Positions 40,951 to 50,690 are shown, numbered from the stretch's first letter. The stretch is DNA of 64,000 nucleotides from an uncultured Acidobacteriota bacterium (GCA_963843575.1 CAWJKZ010000013.1:288001-352000); one strand, 5' to 3'. Program-made: numbers and translations. Notes: generated by a model from the sequence alone, not told the origin.

Positions 40951-43140
40951 TTGACCCACTTGTCCTCGCAAAGACGGGGTCAGGAAGGCATAGTGGGCCT
41001 TGTTGGTCAGGACCTGTTTGATGTAACCACGGGTTTCGCTGAAGGGGATGCGCTCGACAAACTCGGCCCTGTCGACGGAGCCAAACTGGTCGTGCCACCT
41101 CTCCGCACGGTTTTTCCCGGCGTTGTAAGCGGCCAGCGCCAGCTCGACCTTTCCGTCGAACTGCCGAAGCAACGAGGCCAGGTAGCGGGTGCCCAGCGCG
41201 ATGTTCGCGTCGGGACGAAACAGCTTCCCGACCGTGTAGCGGTTGACTCCGGCATCGCGCGCCAGCATCCGCCCGGTCGACGGCAGGATCTGCATGAGGC
41301 CGCGCGCATTTGCCTGGGAGCGGGCCCCCTCGTGGAACGCCGATTCCTGGCGGATCAGCCCGAGCACCAGGTTCGGGTCCAGGTCGTTTTTCGCGGCCTG
41401 CCCGGCGATCACCTCCCAGTGGAGCACCGGGAACAACAAGTCCCAGACCTCCGGGGGCAGTGACGAGCGCGGCCGGTCCGCATAGTCGGGGAATGCCCGG
41501 CGCAGGGCTACGATGACACCGTAGTAGTCGCCCTTCGCCTCATGCTGGCGCGCCAGCACGTAGCTCAGCGATTTTTCCGCCGGCAGCCGTTCGATGCCGT
41601 TTTTGAGCTCCGATATCGCAAGATCCTGCAACCCCGCTGCCGCCAGCCGGAAGGCGCGCTCCAGGACACGCACGGCTTCGGTTCCGGGGGCCGTGACCGA
41701 GCTTCGGACCGGGCGAATGCGGTCGACCGCCCGAATCACCTGCCCCAGGTCTATCCCGGAAAACGGCCGCCCGGTCCCGGTTCCCGATGCCTCCAGCACC
41801 TGCCGCGCCGTCACGGCCAGCCCGCCGTAGTAGCTCCAGTTCGAGATCTTCTCGACCCGGTCGTAAAGAAAGGCGGCCGTCGCGGTGTCCCCGATGTTTT
41901 CGTAGCAGCGCGCCATCCAGTACACGGGAGCGCCCGCCGGGCCGCCGTCGGGGTACGCGGTCAGGTACTCCCAGAACGAGCGGAGCGCGTCCTCGTACCG
42001 CCGCTGGGCATAGGAGTAGAACGCGACTTTCCAGAGGGCCTGCTCGGCGTACTGGCCCGACGGGAATTTCTCGCGCAGGGTCCGGTAGGCGTCCTGCCCG
42101 CGCGCGAGATCCCCATTCACGTCGTAATAGGTCGCCACCGACAAGAGGAGTTTCTCCGTCCACGGGGAAGCCGGGTGGAGCCGCAACGCCTCGTCGCGCA
42201 TCGCCAGGAACGAAGCCTCGTCGTCGGTGCGCCGGTAGAGCGCCCCTCTCAGGTAAGCCAGGCGCGCCTGCAGCGGTCCTGCCGCCGTACCCGCACTCTT
42301 GAGGTACGTCAGGACTTGCGCCCCTTTCCCCAGCGCGTAGTCCGTTTCCCCGAGCAGGATGAGTCGCCTGGCCGCAATCGCCGGATCCGGCGCTCCCGTC
42401 CTGGCCAGCCTGGTCAAGAGAGTTCGGGCCTCCCGGTTGCGCCCCACGGCCATGAGGTTCTCCGCCCGCTCGATGGTGAGCCGGTAACCGGAGGTCCCGG
42501 CGAGGAATCGCGGGGAAATCGCCCGCAGTCGCTGCGCTGCGAGATCCGCCGACTCGGCGTTGACGAAGCCGGCATAAATCCGCCGGTAGGTCGAAATGGC
42601 CTGTTCTGTGTCCCCGGACTGTTCCAGGGCGCGGGCACGCAGGTAGAGGACTTGCGATTCCGGCACGGCCCTCGCGCTCTTCAGCGTCTCGAGTGCACCG
42701 CGAGGGTTGCCCAGCTCGAGCAGCGCCTCGGCTTCGCCAAGGACGCACTCCTCGAAAACCGGAGAGTCCGGGTGGCCGCTCTGAACGGCGCGGAACGCCC
42801 TCAAGGCGTCTTCATCCCGGTCGAGCATCAAGCTGGCCTTGCCGCGGTAAAACGCAGCGTAGTCTCCCAGGGTCGCTGCCTCCCCCGCCGCCGACAAATC
42901 CTGCACGGCAGCCGCATAATCCTTGGCGAGGTAGCTGCGAATTCCGTTGCCGAGGTGCTCGAGCATTCGCTCGACCGGGGGAGGATACGGGGCGGAGACG
43001 CCCAGCCCCGGCGGGAGTTTCGCCGGACTGTCCGGCGACGGGATGGTCTGCACGAAGAACAACAACGCGGCGACAACAGGCAATCCTGGCCGGGCGTGTG
43101 CCGGGAGTGCCCGGAGGATTCTGAGACGTAAAGCGCGCAC
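40918..43140 (-). CDS. Soluble lytic transglycosylase (Slt70-like) with TPR repeats
   Basis: IRQESAF, ARGLMQ, ALAAYNAG and IPFSETRGY. Confidence 0.92.
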   Translation of the reverse strand: MRALRLRILRALPAHARPGLPVVAALLFFVQTIPSPDSPAKLPPGLGVSAPYPPPVERMLEHLGNGIRSYLAKDYAAAVQDLSAAGEAATLGDYAAFYRGKASLMLDRDEDALRAFRAVQSGHPDSPVFEECVLGEAEALLELGNPRGALETLKSARAVPESQVLYLRARALEQSGDTEQAISTYRRIYAGFVNAESADLAAQRLRAISPRFLAGTSGYRLTIERAENLMAVGRNREARTLLTRLARTGAPDPAIAARRLILLGETDYALGKGAQVLTYLKSAGTAAGPLQARLAYLRGALYRRTDDEASFLAMRDEALRLHPASPWTEKLLLSVATYYDVNGDLARGQDAYRTLREKFPSGQYAEQALWKVAFYSYAQRRYEDALRSFWEYLTAYPDGGPAGAPVYWMARCYENIGDTATAAFLYDRVEKISNWSYYGGLAVTARQVLEASGTGTGRPFSGIDLGQVIRAVDRIRPVRSSVTAPGTEAVRVLERAFRLAAAGLQDLAISELKNGIERLPAEKSLSYVLARQHEAKGDYYGVIVALRRAFPDYADRPRSSLPPEVWDLLFPVLHWEVIAGQAAKNDLDPNLVLGLIRQESAFHEGARSQANARGLMQILPSTGRMLARDAGVNRYTVGKLFRPDANIALGTRYLASLLRQFDGKVELALAAYNAGKNRAERWHDQFGSVDRAEFVERIPFSETRGYIKQVLTNKAHYAFLTPSLRGQVGQVGPGFSPDAF

Positions 43141-43189
43141 TTCGACCTTCTATGGGCTCCGGTTGTGGCCTCGGCAGGATCGCGGGCGA

Positions 43190-44683
43190 TCAGGTTTCGA
43201 CACGGGAACCAGGGTAGTCGCTTCCCAGCGCCGAGGCGTCGTTTTCGCCGAGGATGCGGACGATCTCGTCGTGGAAATAGTCCACTTTTCTCGAAACGAC
43301 GGGCGAGACACGCTTCTCGTACATCTCGCGGCTCCGGTCGATATCCCGCTTCAACCGGACGTAGACATCCCTGTTCGCTCGACCCTCGACGACCCTCTGC
43401 TCATTGTAGAGCTTGATCTCCACAACGAGAAGCCTCGCGAACCTTTTTGCATCGGAATGCAGTTTTTCTTCTTCCGAAGGCTTCTGCACCTCCCGCGGGA
43501 CGGCCGCTCTCGGCGCCGCGGGCGGCGGCAACTTGGGCTGCGCGACGGGCTGCGCCGGGACGGGCTCCACCGGTTCGACCGGCGCATCGACGGGCTGTAC
43601 GGGCGAACCCGCGTCGATGACGGCCTGCGACGGCTCTATCGCTGCGGGTTCCGCGCCGACGGCAGGGGCCTCGGCAGGCATAGCAGCTTCAGGCGCGCAC
43701 GTTTCCACGACTGGCGCTTCTGGGACCGCAACCGGCGGGGCCACTTCCTGGGCCGGCTCTGCGATTGCCGGGGCGGGCGCCTCCGACACCGTCTCAGGCT
43801 CGGCCGCCGGCGGCTCCGCCTCGGCCGGTTCTGTCGGCGCCGCCACCGCAGGCTCCGCGGCTTCTTCGACCGGCGGCATCTGCGGCACGACCTCGGCCCG
43901 GCTTTCAGGTTCCGGCGGTGCCTCGGGTGCGGCCCGCTCCGGGGAGACGGCCGGGGCGCCCGAAGCCTTCAACTGCTGCAGTATCTTCAGGGCGACGTTC
44001 TCGATGCACAGCCCGGTGATCTGCATAATCGCCGACAACGGCTGTAGTGCGCAATCGTGGCTGTTCGACGCCGTCGCCAGCAGTACCGCCACCGGTCGCT
44101 GCAGGGCCTTGAGCGGGAAAGCGTGCCACGGCCCCAGCTGCTGCTCGTGCAGGAAAGGCACCAGCCTCGACTCGGCCGAAAGGTCGCTCGCCGAGACGAC
44201 GTCGTCCCCCTCGAGCGCCCGGGACAGCAGGTGGCTGTCGGATTCCGGAAACCCCTGGGACGCGATGGCCGCCGCGGCCTCCTCCGAGTAGCCCCTGGAG
44301 GCCCAGGCGGTGAGCTGCTCGCCCCGGAGCACGAACAACGTCACGCGTGGCGCATACCGCGAGGCGGCATCAAGAAGCATCGTCAGGATCTCTTCCTGCG
44401 TTTCGCCCAGCCGCATGTCTTTGGCGAACTTGGCGAGGTGCGCGCTGTCTTCCTCGGCCCTGGCAAGGACGTGCCCAATCGCCTCCTTCAGAGTGTCGCC
44501 GGCGCTCGGGAACTCGACGGCGTCCAGCACCGACACCTGCTGTTCAAACTGGCGCAGGGAGGCCGAAATCCGAGACTCGAGCGCCTGCAATTCCTCCCGA
44601 AGGCTCTGCAGGTGCGGCGCCAGACTCTGACGGGCCTCTTGCCTCAATCGGCTCTCATAATCCTGGACGGAGGGCATGGACAA
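43190..44683 (-). CDS. Coiled-coil/GAF-like protein with Pro/Ala/Glu-rich linker and C-terminal RomX-like domain
   Basis: C-terminal AKRFARLLVVEIKLYNEQRVVEG...LKRDIDRSREMYEKRVS...YF; low-complexity linker. Confidence 0.7.
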   Translation of the reverse strand: MSMPSVQDYESRLRQEARQSLAPHLQSLREELQALESRISASLRQFEQQVSVLDAVEFPSAGDTLKEAIGHVLARAEEDSAHLAKFAKDMRLGETQEEILTMLLDAASRYAPRVTLFVLRGEQLTAWASRGYSEEAAAAIASQGFPESDSHLLSRALEGDDVVSASDLSAESRLVPFLHEQQLGPWHAFPLKALQRPVAVLLATASNSHDCALQPLSAIMQITGLCIENVALKILQQLKASGAPAVSPERAAPEAPPEPESRAEVVPQMPPVEEAAEPAVAAPTEPAEAEPPAAEPETVSEAPAPAIAEPAQEVAPPVAVPEAPVVETCAPEAAMPAEAPAVGAEPAAIEPSQAVIDAGSPVQPVDAPVEPVEPVPAQPVAQPKLPPPAAPRAAVPREVQKPSEEEKLHSDAKRFARLLVVEIKLYNEQRVVEGRANRDVYVRLKRDIDRSREMYEKRVSPVVSRKVDYFHDEIVRILGENDASALGSDYPGSRVET

Positions 44684-44934
44684 CTCCTAACTAATAATCA
44701 GACAATGACTTGCGGGATCTCGGAATCATACACCAAAGCCCGCGGACGTGTCAATTTCAAAGCAGCCACAGCCGTCAGATCGGTATTTCCCGGCGAAACC
44801 GTTAGCTGTTGGAAGGAATAGGGCTAGGAAACAAAAACGTGCCGCGGAAAAGACACCGATGGCCACGGGAACGACAGATCTGGGATTCCGTGATTTCAGT
44901 ATTCTCCGTGGCAGGTCGTTGCAGTGCCCCCGTC

Positions 44935-45780
44935 TTATATTTTGCGGGTGGAGGTCTCGATGGACTTGGACAGCTTTTCAATCCCCTTGGAAAGGGAACT
45001 AAGCGACGGCTGGGTCAGCGAATCGACCGAAACCGCGAACGTCTGGGACTGGTCGTAGAGCCCTTTCAGCTGCAGGTTCAGGTTGGTGATCATCTCGCGC
45101 AGCTGGGTGAGGGCTTCCAGCGTATTGAGGTTCATCCCCTTCAACAGGTCCTTGTCCTTGCGCTGATCGAAGAACGCGACCGACTGGTCGTTGCGGATCT
45201 GCTTTGCCAGGTCGCGGATCTGCTCGGTCCGGGTAGCGATTTCCTGTTGGCTGACGCTCTTGCCCTCTTGCCGGTCCCGGATGAGGGTTTCGAGCTGCTC
45301 CACGGCCTCAAGCATGCTCATGCTCAAGGCGACGGGCTGTCGCAGCGTGAGCTTCGCAATCTGCGGCGTCATCAGGGGTTCGGAGTTCCGGTAGAACCTC
45401 CGGAAGTAGTAGGGGTTGACCCCGTAAAAGCTCTGAAGGTACCAGAAGTACTCCTGCGAGCGGAGCCAGAGCGACTGGGATACGAAAGAAGACCTGGAAA
45501 GGTCGGGAGCATAGGAACCCCCGCCAGAAGAAGGCAGGCCCGTGTTGGCCACCACGCGAGACGCGGTGCCGCTGTACACGTCGCGGGAGGAAACCGTCGG
45601 GGCGACAGTGCCCGCCCCCCCTGCCGAAACACCGCGCGACCCCACGGAGGACGAACCGGCCGAAGCCCCGCCCCCGCCGCCGCGTTCGTCGGAACCCCCT
45701 GCAGGGCGCTGAACCTCGCCTGCCGCAAACACCGCGAGAAGCAGAACTACCGCGCAAGCGTTGATCATGTTCGTTCTCAT
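44935..45780 (-). CDS. Exported hypothetical protein: Gly/Ser-rich N-terminus, aromatic patch, helical C-terminus
   Basis: GGAGG RBS; signal peptide; amphipathic helices. Confidence 0.7.
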   Translation of the reverse strand: MRTNMINACAVVLLLAVFAAGEVQRPAGGSDERGGGGGASAGSSSVGSRGVSAGGAGTVAPTVSSRDVYSGTASRVVANTGLPSSGGGSYAPDLSRSSFVSQSLWLRSQEYFWYLQSFYGVNPYYFRRFYRNSEPLMTPQIAKLTLRQPVALSMSMLEAVEQLETLIRDRQEGKSVSQQEIATRTEQIRDLAKQIRNDQSVAFFDQRKDKDLLKGMNLNTLEALTQLREMITNLNLQLKGLYDQSQTFAVSVDSLTQPSLSSLSKGIEKLSKSIETSTRKI

Positions 45781-45908
45781 AAGGGCCTCCAACCGCCGGA
45801 TGTAATCTACTCTTGTATAATAACCTTATATATTAACACGATCGGACCAGTCACACAAGCAATTCGCCGCCGCGTGGACCTCGAACGCCTATACCGTCCT
45901 CCGTACAG

Positions 45909-45939
45909 TTGGATGCTGCCTGAGGCGGAAAAAGTTCAC
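45909..45939 (-). promoter_or_regulatory. Candidate ECF promoter for the exported hypothetical gene
   Basis: GTGAACTTTTT-N13-CATCCAA. Confidence 0.45.
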
Positions 45940-45944
45940 GGCGG

Positions 45945-46016
45945 TTTAAGAGCGGCGGGGGCGGAACTCCCATTTCGCCCCCGTCGCTCCCGAAGGAGGT
46001 TATTGAATGGGTACTT
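45945..46016. ncRNA. Candidate structured small RNA or cis-element (strand unresolved)
   Basis: 17-bp stem 45950-45989 overlapping a CTCC-CGAA-GGAG hairpin; AAGGAGGT/ACCTCCTT; lies just downstream of a minus-strand ECF-like promoter. Confidence 0.4.
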
Positions 46017-46019
46017 GAT

Positions 46020-46049
46020 TAAGACGAACGCCGGGCGCGAAAAGTTGCG
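46020..46049 (-). promoter_or_regulatory. Candidate ECF promoter
   Basis: CGCAAC-N17-CGTCTTA (AAC/CGT consensus). Confidence 0.55.
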
Positions 46050-46121
46050 TTTTCTTTGCGGGTGGAGGTCGGTATATGCTGTTTTTTTCAGGCGCCCGTG
46101 GACGGCGGCGGCGAATTCGCT

Positions 46122-48077
46122 ATGTTACTTCAGGCCGCTAAGGATCTGACCTTGTGTGCGGCGTTCGTGTTCCTTCTGTGGGGGCCGCTCGGTCGCCGGA
46201 TTCTGGCGACGGAACGGAGCCGCGCATTCGGCTACCCGGCCGCCGTTTCGGTCGGGATGGGGGTGTGGGGTCTCTGGATCCTGCTGCTCGGCCTTTGTGG
46301 TCTTCTGTACCCATGGGTGGTTGCCTCCTCTGCGGCGCTTGTCTTCGTCGCCCTTCGGCTGGATCGCCGTCTCCTCGGCGGTGCCCCGGCCGGCAATTCG
46401 CCCGAGGAGGGCCAGGCGGAGTCGTTCCGTGTCTTCAGTGACTTCCGCGGCTGGTTTTTATTTTTCGGGCGCCGCGCGCTGCTCCCTCGTGAGGACGTTG
46501 CGGCCGCGGTCGTGCTCGGCAGCCTCTCTGCCATTTACATCGGCCTGGCCTTGGCGTCTTCGGCCGCGCCCGAAGTCGCCTTTGATGCGCTGAACGTGCA
46601 TCTCCCCTACGCGCGCGACGCGGCCGCGGCGCACCGCGTCGGCTTTGCCCCCAACAACTGGAGCAGCGCTATGCCCGCGCTGCCGCTCATGGCTTACATC
46701 ACGGGGTTCCTCTACTCCGGGCTGGGTCTCGTCAAGCTGATCAACGTCCTATCGTACGTGCTTGGGGGTGCGGTCGTTTTCAGCGTTGCCCGGGAGTGGT
46801 GGGGCCGCGCCTGGGGAATCGCCGCCGCCGCCCTTTTCTGGAGCTGTCCGGTTGCGGTTTACGAGGCGACGACTGCGCTCATCGACCTGCCGCTGACGCT
46901 TTACTCGGCCCTCGCCGTCTGCGCCCTGCTCGAGTGGACCAGGAGCGGCACCGGGGGGGCCCTCAAGCTTTCTGCGCTGTCGCTTGGACTGGCGCTGGGG
47001 TGCAAATACCACGCGGTCTTCTGGGTCCCGCCGCTGTTCGGTGTCCTGGGCTGGCACCTGCTGGTTGTCCGGCGCCGCACCCCCCGGCAGGCCGCCGGGG
47101 TGATGCTGCGCTACGGGGCGCTGGCGTTCCTGCTGTTTCTGCCCTGGGCCGTGCGGGCGTGGTACTACACGGGCAATCCGGTCTTCCCCGCCGCCAATGG
47201 CTTCTTTCAAAGCCCATATTTCCCACCGTCCATGCAAAGCGCCGCCGCGGCCGCCTACGCCAACGAGGGTGTGGGCCGAGGCCTGCGGGCGCTGCTCGAG
47301 CTTCCGTGGACCGTGACCTTCCACCCGGGCCCCTTCCGCGGCACCCTGGGGCTTATCTTTCTGCCCGGGGTGGCATTGGCGCTGTTGCGCGGAAGGAATC
47401 GCGAAACGTGGTACGTCCTGGCGGCGGCAGTGGCCTATTTCCTGGCCTGGGCACTGACGGCGCAGGAAATCCGATACCTTCTCCCCATGGTGCCCGTTCT
47501 GGCCCTCTTGACGGTTGCGGGTTTCCTGGGAACCACGATGGCGGCGAGCGCAAAGCCGTTCGCCGGCCGGCTGGCCCTGCTCATCGTGCTTGCCGGTGGC
47601 GCGGCGGCGGCGCTGCCGGCCGTCTATCCCCTCTGGGCGCGCGAATGGACCTACTGGCACAGTTACAAGTGCCCCTGGCCGTACCTGACGGGGCAGGAGA
47701 CCGCCGAGCAGTACGTGCTGCGGGACGTGCCCTCGATCTATGTATACGACTACATCAACCGGAATCTGAACAGCGGGCAGCGCATCCTGCTGCTCAACGA
47801 TTCCGCACAGTACTATTCCCGCGTCCCGACACTCTATTCTTTTACGGTCGAGGCCGACCTCATCCTGATGGACACGACCGAGGAGGGGGTCGTCGCCCGG
47901 ATGCGCGCATCGGGCGTGACCCACGTGCTGCTGAACTACAACGGCATTGCACCGCTGCCCGGGGTCGTGCCCCGGCTGGGAGTATACTTCTTCCTCGACG
48001 GGCGGTTCCGGGACCGGTGCATGGACCCGCTATACTCCCGCAACAACGTCACGCTGTACCGTTTCCGATGCCAATGA
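46122..48077 (+). CDS. Polytopic GT-C glycosyltransferase (ArnT/PMT_2-like)
   Basis: FDALNVHLP, ALGCKY, YYTGNPVFP and IRYLLP; many TM segments. Confidence 0.8.
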   Translation: MLLQAAKDLTLCAAFVFLLWGPLGRRILATERSRAFGYPAAVSVGMGVWGLWILLLGLCGLLYPWVVASSAALVFVALRLDRRLLGGAPAGNSPEEGQAESFRVFSDFRGWFLFFGRRALLPREDVAAAVVLGSLSAIYIGLALASSAAPEVAFDALNVHLPYARDAAAAHRVGFAPNNWSSAMPALPLMAYITGFLYSGLGLVKLINVLSYVLGGAVVFSVAREWWGRAWGIAAAALFWSCPVAVYEATTALIDLPLTLYSALAVCALLEWTRSGTGGALKLSALSLGLALGCKYHAVFWVPPLFGVLGWHLLVVRRRTPRQAAGVMLRYGALAFLLFLPWAVRAWYYTGNPVFPAANGFFQSPYFPPSMQSAAAAAYANEGVGRGLRALLELPWTVTFHPGPFRGTLGLIFLPGVALALLRGRNRETWYVLAAAVAYFLAWALTAQEIRYLLPMVPVLALLTVAGFLGTTMAASAKPFAGRLALLIVLAGGAAAALPAVYPLWAREWTYWHSYKCPWPYLTGQETAEQYVLRDVPSIYVYDYINRNLNSGQRILLLNDSAQYYSRVPTLYSFTVEADLILMDTTEEGVVARMRASGVTHVLLNYNGIAPLPGVVPRLGVYFFLDGRFRDRCMDPLYSRNNVTLYRFRCQ

Positions 48078-48835
48078 AGACTATCGCGCTTATCCCGGTC
48101 TACAACGAGGCTTCGACCCTGGTCTCCGTCCTGGACCCCGTCGCGTCGCGGGTGGATCAGGTGGTGGTCGTCGACGACGGTTCATCGGACGGCTCCTTGA
48201 ACCTGGCACGGGAGTGGGCCGCCGGCCGGCCGGGCGCAACCGTTCTCAGCCTCCGGTCCAACCGGGGCATGTCGGCGGCCCTGCGCGAGGGGTTCGTCCT
48301 CCTGGCGGGCCGGGTGGCCAGGGGAGAGCTCGACGACGACGACCTCCTCTTCACGATCGACGCCGACGGCCAGCACGACCCCGACGAGATACCTGCACTC
48401 GGGGACTACATGCTCCGGAGCGCGCTGGACGTGGCGCTCACATGCCGCGATTTCAACCTCTACCCCTCCTACAAGCGCCTGGGCAACGACCTGATGAGCC
48501 TCTGGGGATCGCTCTGGAGCGGTTTCCGCTACCGCGACGTCGAGTCGGGGTTCCGGGGAATGCGTCTGAAAGTACTCCCTTCGCTGCTGGACTACTATTC
48601 GGGGCACCGCTACAGCTGCGCCCAGGAGATTGCGGTCCTCACCGCCAGGCTGGGGTTTCGCGTGGACAACGATTTCAAGACCGTGATCCGCCTCTACCGC
48701 TCACAGACCGGCGTCCGCGACGTCCTCCTCAACGCGTGTCTCGGGTTCTGGGCTTTCGCGCGCTGGGCCTCGCGCCGCAAGGTGGCCGCACGGCCCTCCC
48801 TGGCATCCTCGGCCGCCACCTCGGAGCACGCCTGA
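48074..48835 (+). CDS. GT2 glycosyltransferase (polyprenol-phosphate glycosyltransferase-like)
   Basis: IPVYNE, VVDDGSSD, DADGQH and DVESGFR. Confidence 0.9.
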   Translation: MKTIALIPVYNEASTLVSVLDPVASRVDQVVVVDDGSSDGSLNLAREWAAGRPGATVLSLRSNRGMSAALREGFVLLAGRVARGELDDDDLLFTIDADGQHDPDEIPALGDYMLRSALDVALTCRDFNLYPSYKRLGNDLMSLWGSLWSGFRYRDVESGFRGMRLKVLPSLLDYYSGHRYSCAQEIAVLTARLGFRVDNDFKTVIRLYRSQTGVRDVLLNACLGFWAFARWASRRKVAARPSLASSAATSEHA

Positions 48836-49455
48836 TGGCCGCCCCATTCCGGGCGCACGCATCGTTCCGGCAGCGTGTCGCCGACCACCTCTTCTTCCCC
48901 GTGAACATGTGGCTGGGCGAGGATGCCTCCGCGCGGCTCGGATTGACGCCGATCGACCACGAGCGGGTCCGGGCGGCCTTGACGCACTGTCGCGGAAAAC
49001 TCCTGGACATCGGCTGCGGCAACAACCTCCTGGTCCGGCAGCACGGCGACGGGTTCGGGATCGACGTCCACCCCTACGCGCAGACGGATGTCTTGTGCGA
49101 CGGCGCCCGGCTTGCCTTCAAGTCCGGCAGCTTCGATACCGTCTCCCTGCTGGCCTGCCTCAACCACATCGTGCGGCGCGGCGAAACCCTGGCCGAGTGT
49201 GCCCGCGTCCTGAAGCCCGGCGGCAGGCTCATCCTCACCATGATTCCTCGCTGGATCGGGATCCTCAGCCACCCCATCCGCAGACGCCACGACCCCGACC
49301 AGCTCGACCGGGGTATGGCGCACGATGAGGACTGGGGGCTGTCGACCCACGAAGTCACCAGGCTGCTGCGCGCGGCCGGATTCGTCCCCATCCTGCGGCG
49401 CCGGTTCCTCTGGGGCCTCAACTGCGTCTTCGTCGCCCGCCTCGGCGCCGCTTAG
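48835..49455 (+). CDS. Class I SAM-dependent methyltransferase
   Basis: LLDIGCG, SFDTV and RVLKPGG. Confidence 0.9.
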   Translation: MAAPFRAHASFRQRVADHLFFPVNMWLGEDASARLGLTPIDHERVRAALTHCRGKLLDIGCGNNLLVRQHGDGFGIDVHPYAQTDVLCDGARLAFKSGSFDTVSLLACLNHIVRRGETLAECARVLKPGGRLILTMIPRWIGILSHPIRRRHDPDQLDRGMAHDEDWGLSTHEVTRLLRAAGFVPILRRRFLWGLNCVFVARLGAA

Positions 49456-49489
49456 TACTGATGTTCACAAATACGCTGACGTATTTTTC

Positions 49490-49525
49490 AGGACGCGGAT
49501 GCGCGCGGATCCCCACGGATCGACC
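49490..49525. repeat. Family B repeat half
   Basis: GGACGCGGATGCGCGCGGATCCCCACGGATCGACC, near-identical to the copy at about 8839. Confidence 0.75.
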
Positions 49526-49544
49526 TTTTGTCTTTCATCGTCCC

Positions 49545-50639
49545 TCAGTGGAGCTTGATTGTACCGCTGGTGACGATGTCCCAGTAGGAGTAGGAGCGGT
49601 CAGGGTCGAACGCCGCCAGAAAGGGTTTCGCCCACTGCAGCACCTGGGTGAATTTGTAGCCTGCGACACCTTCAGGGTGCGAAATGTGGTTGCTCCAGTA
49701 CGCCCTGACGAAGACGGCGTTGTCGGCAAGCGGCAGCGCCGCCACGTTTCTCAGAAACCGTCCCCAGACCATGTTGCGAACCAGGTACTGCTCGACGTTC
49801 GACGTGTAGAACACGGTCACGTTTTCTCGCCGCTCCCGCAGCCACCCGCCCAGCTCGCGCAGGGCGTGCGTCCCGGCAAAGTCGCCGACCACCGGAATAA
49901 TCCGGTTCTCGTCCTGCAGCTGTTTGACGTACCGGAATTCCTCGGCGCTGTTGAGGAAGTTCTGCATGCGTCCGTCGAGGTCCCTCTCCACGAGGAACTC
50001 CCCGAGCGTCGGGACCGGGATGTAGTCGTACTTGATCGAAAATCCCCGCACGTAGAACGCGCGGTGGATCCGGTCGATAGTGTTGAGATCTGCCGGACTC
50101 AATTCGAGCCGGCACGCCTGCGCCAGGAAGTTGCGTATCCGCGTCTGGGTACGGTTGTACAGAAACGGGTCGGGCTCGACCGGCCTGAGCGACTCGACCA
50201 TCTCTTCCACGGTGTAACCCTGGCCGCGCATCTTCCCGTGGGGGATCGGACGGCTCAACAGCAACGACAGGTACTCCCGGCGGTCGCGCGCGTAATGGAA
50301 GAGCGCTTTGAAGAGGAGGTGCTCGAGAAAGTTCTGGCGCCGGATGTCGACTATAAAGGCGTAGCGGGGCCGGACCTTAGCGATGTATGTGAAGTTCTGG
50401 TTGGGCCCCACCCCCAGGTAGACGCCACCCTGAACCCCGAGTTCGCGAAGCCTGCGCAGAGGATGCTGATACGACGCCTCGTTGGATACGTAGTTGTCGT
50501 TCCAGAAGTACCCGCCGGGCTCGGACAGCCGCGCGATCAGGCTCCCGAACTGGCTGGCGGTGAGCGCCGCCGCCTCGCGGGCCGGAGCCGGCGCGGCCGC
50601 AACCTGGGCGAACAGGATTAGGAGAATGAGTCTTCGCAA
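49545..50639 (-). CDS. Exported conserved hypothetical protein (LIC_10091-like, possible Rossmann/SAM-like fold)
   Basis: Signal peptide; VSNE, YLGVGPNQNFTYI, AFIVDIR, GDFAG and FYTSNVEQY; family assigned from recall. Confidence 0.6.
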   Translation of the reverse strand: MRRLILLILFAQVAAAPAPAREAAALTASQFGSLIARLSEPGGYFWNDNYVSNEASYQHPLRRLRELGVQGGVYLGVGPNQNFTYIAKVRPRYAFIVDIRRQNFLEHLLFKALFHYARDRREYLSLLLSRPIPHGKMRGQGYTVEEMVESLRPVEPDPFLYNRTQTRIRNFLAQACRLELSPADLNTIDRIHRAFYVRGFSIKYDYIPVPTLGEFLVERDLDGRMQNFLNSAEEFRYVKQLQDENRIIPVVGDFAGTHALRELGGWLRERRENVTVFYTSNVEQYLVRNMVWGRFLRNVAALPLADNAVFVRAYWSNHISHPEGVAGYKFTQVLQWAKPFLAAFDPDRSYSYWDIVTSGTIKLH

Positions 50640-50690
50640 GGATGTTCCCGCGGCGACACCCGAGTCGCCAGTTGCTGGAAGTTTAGCACA

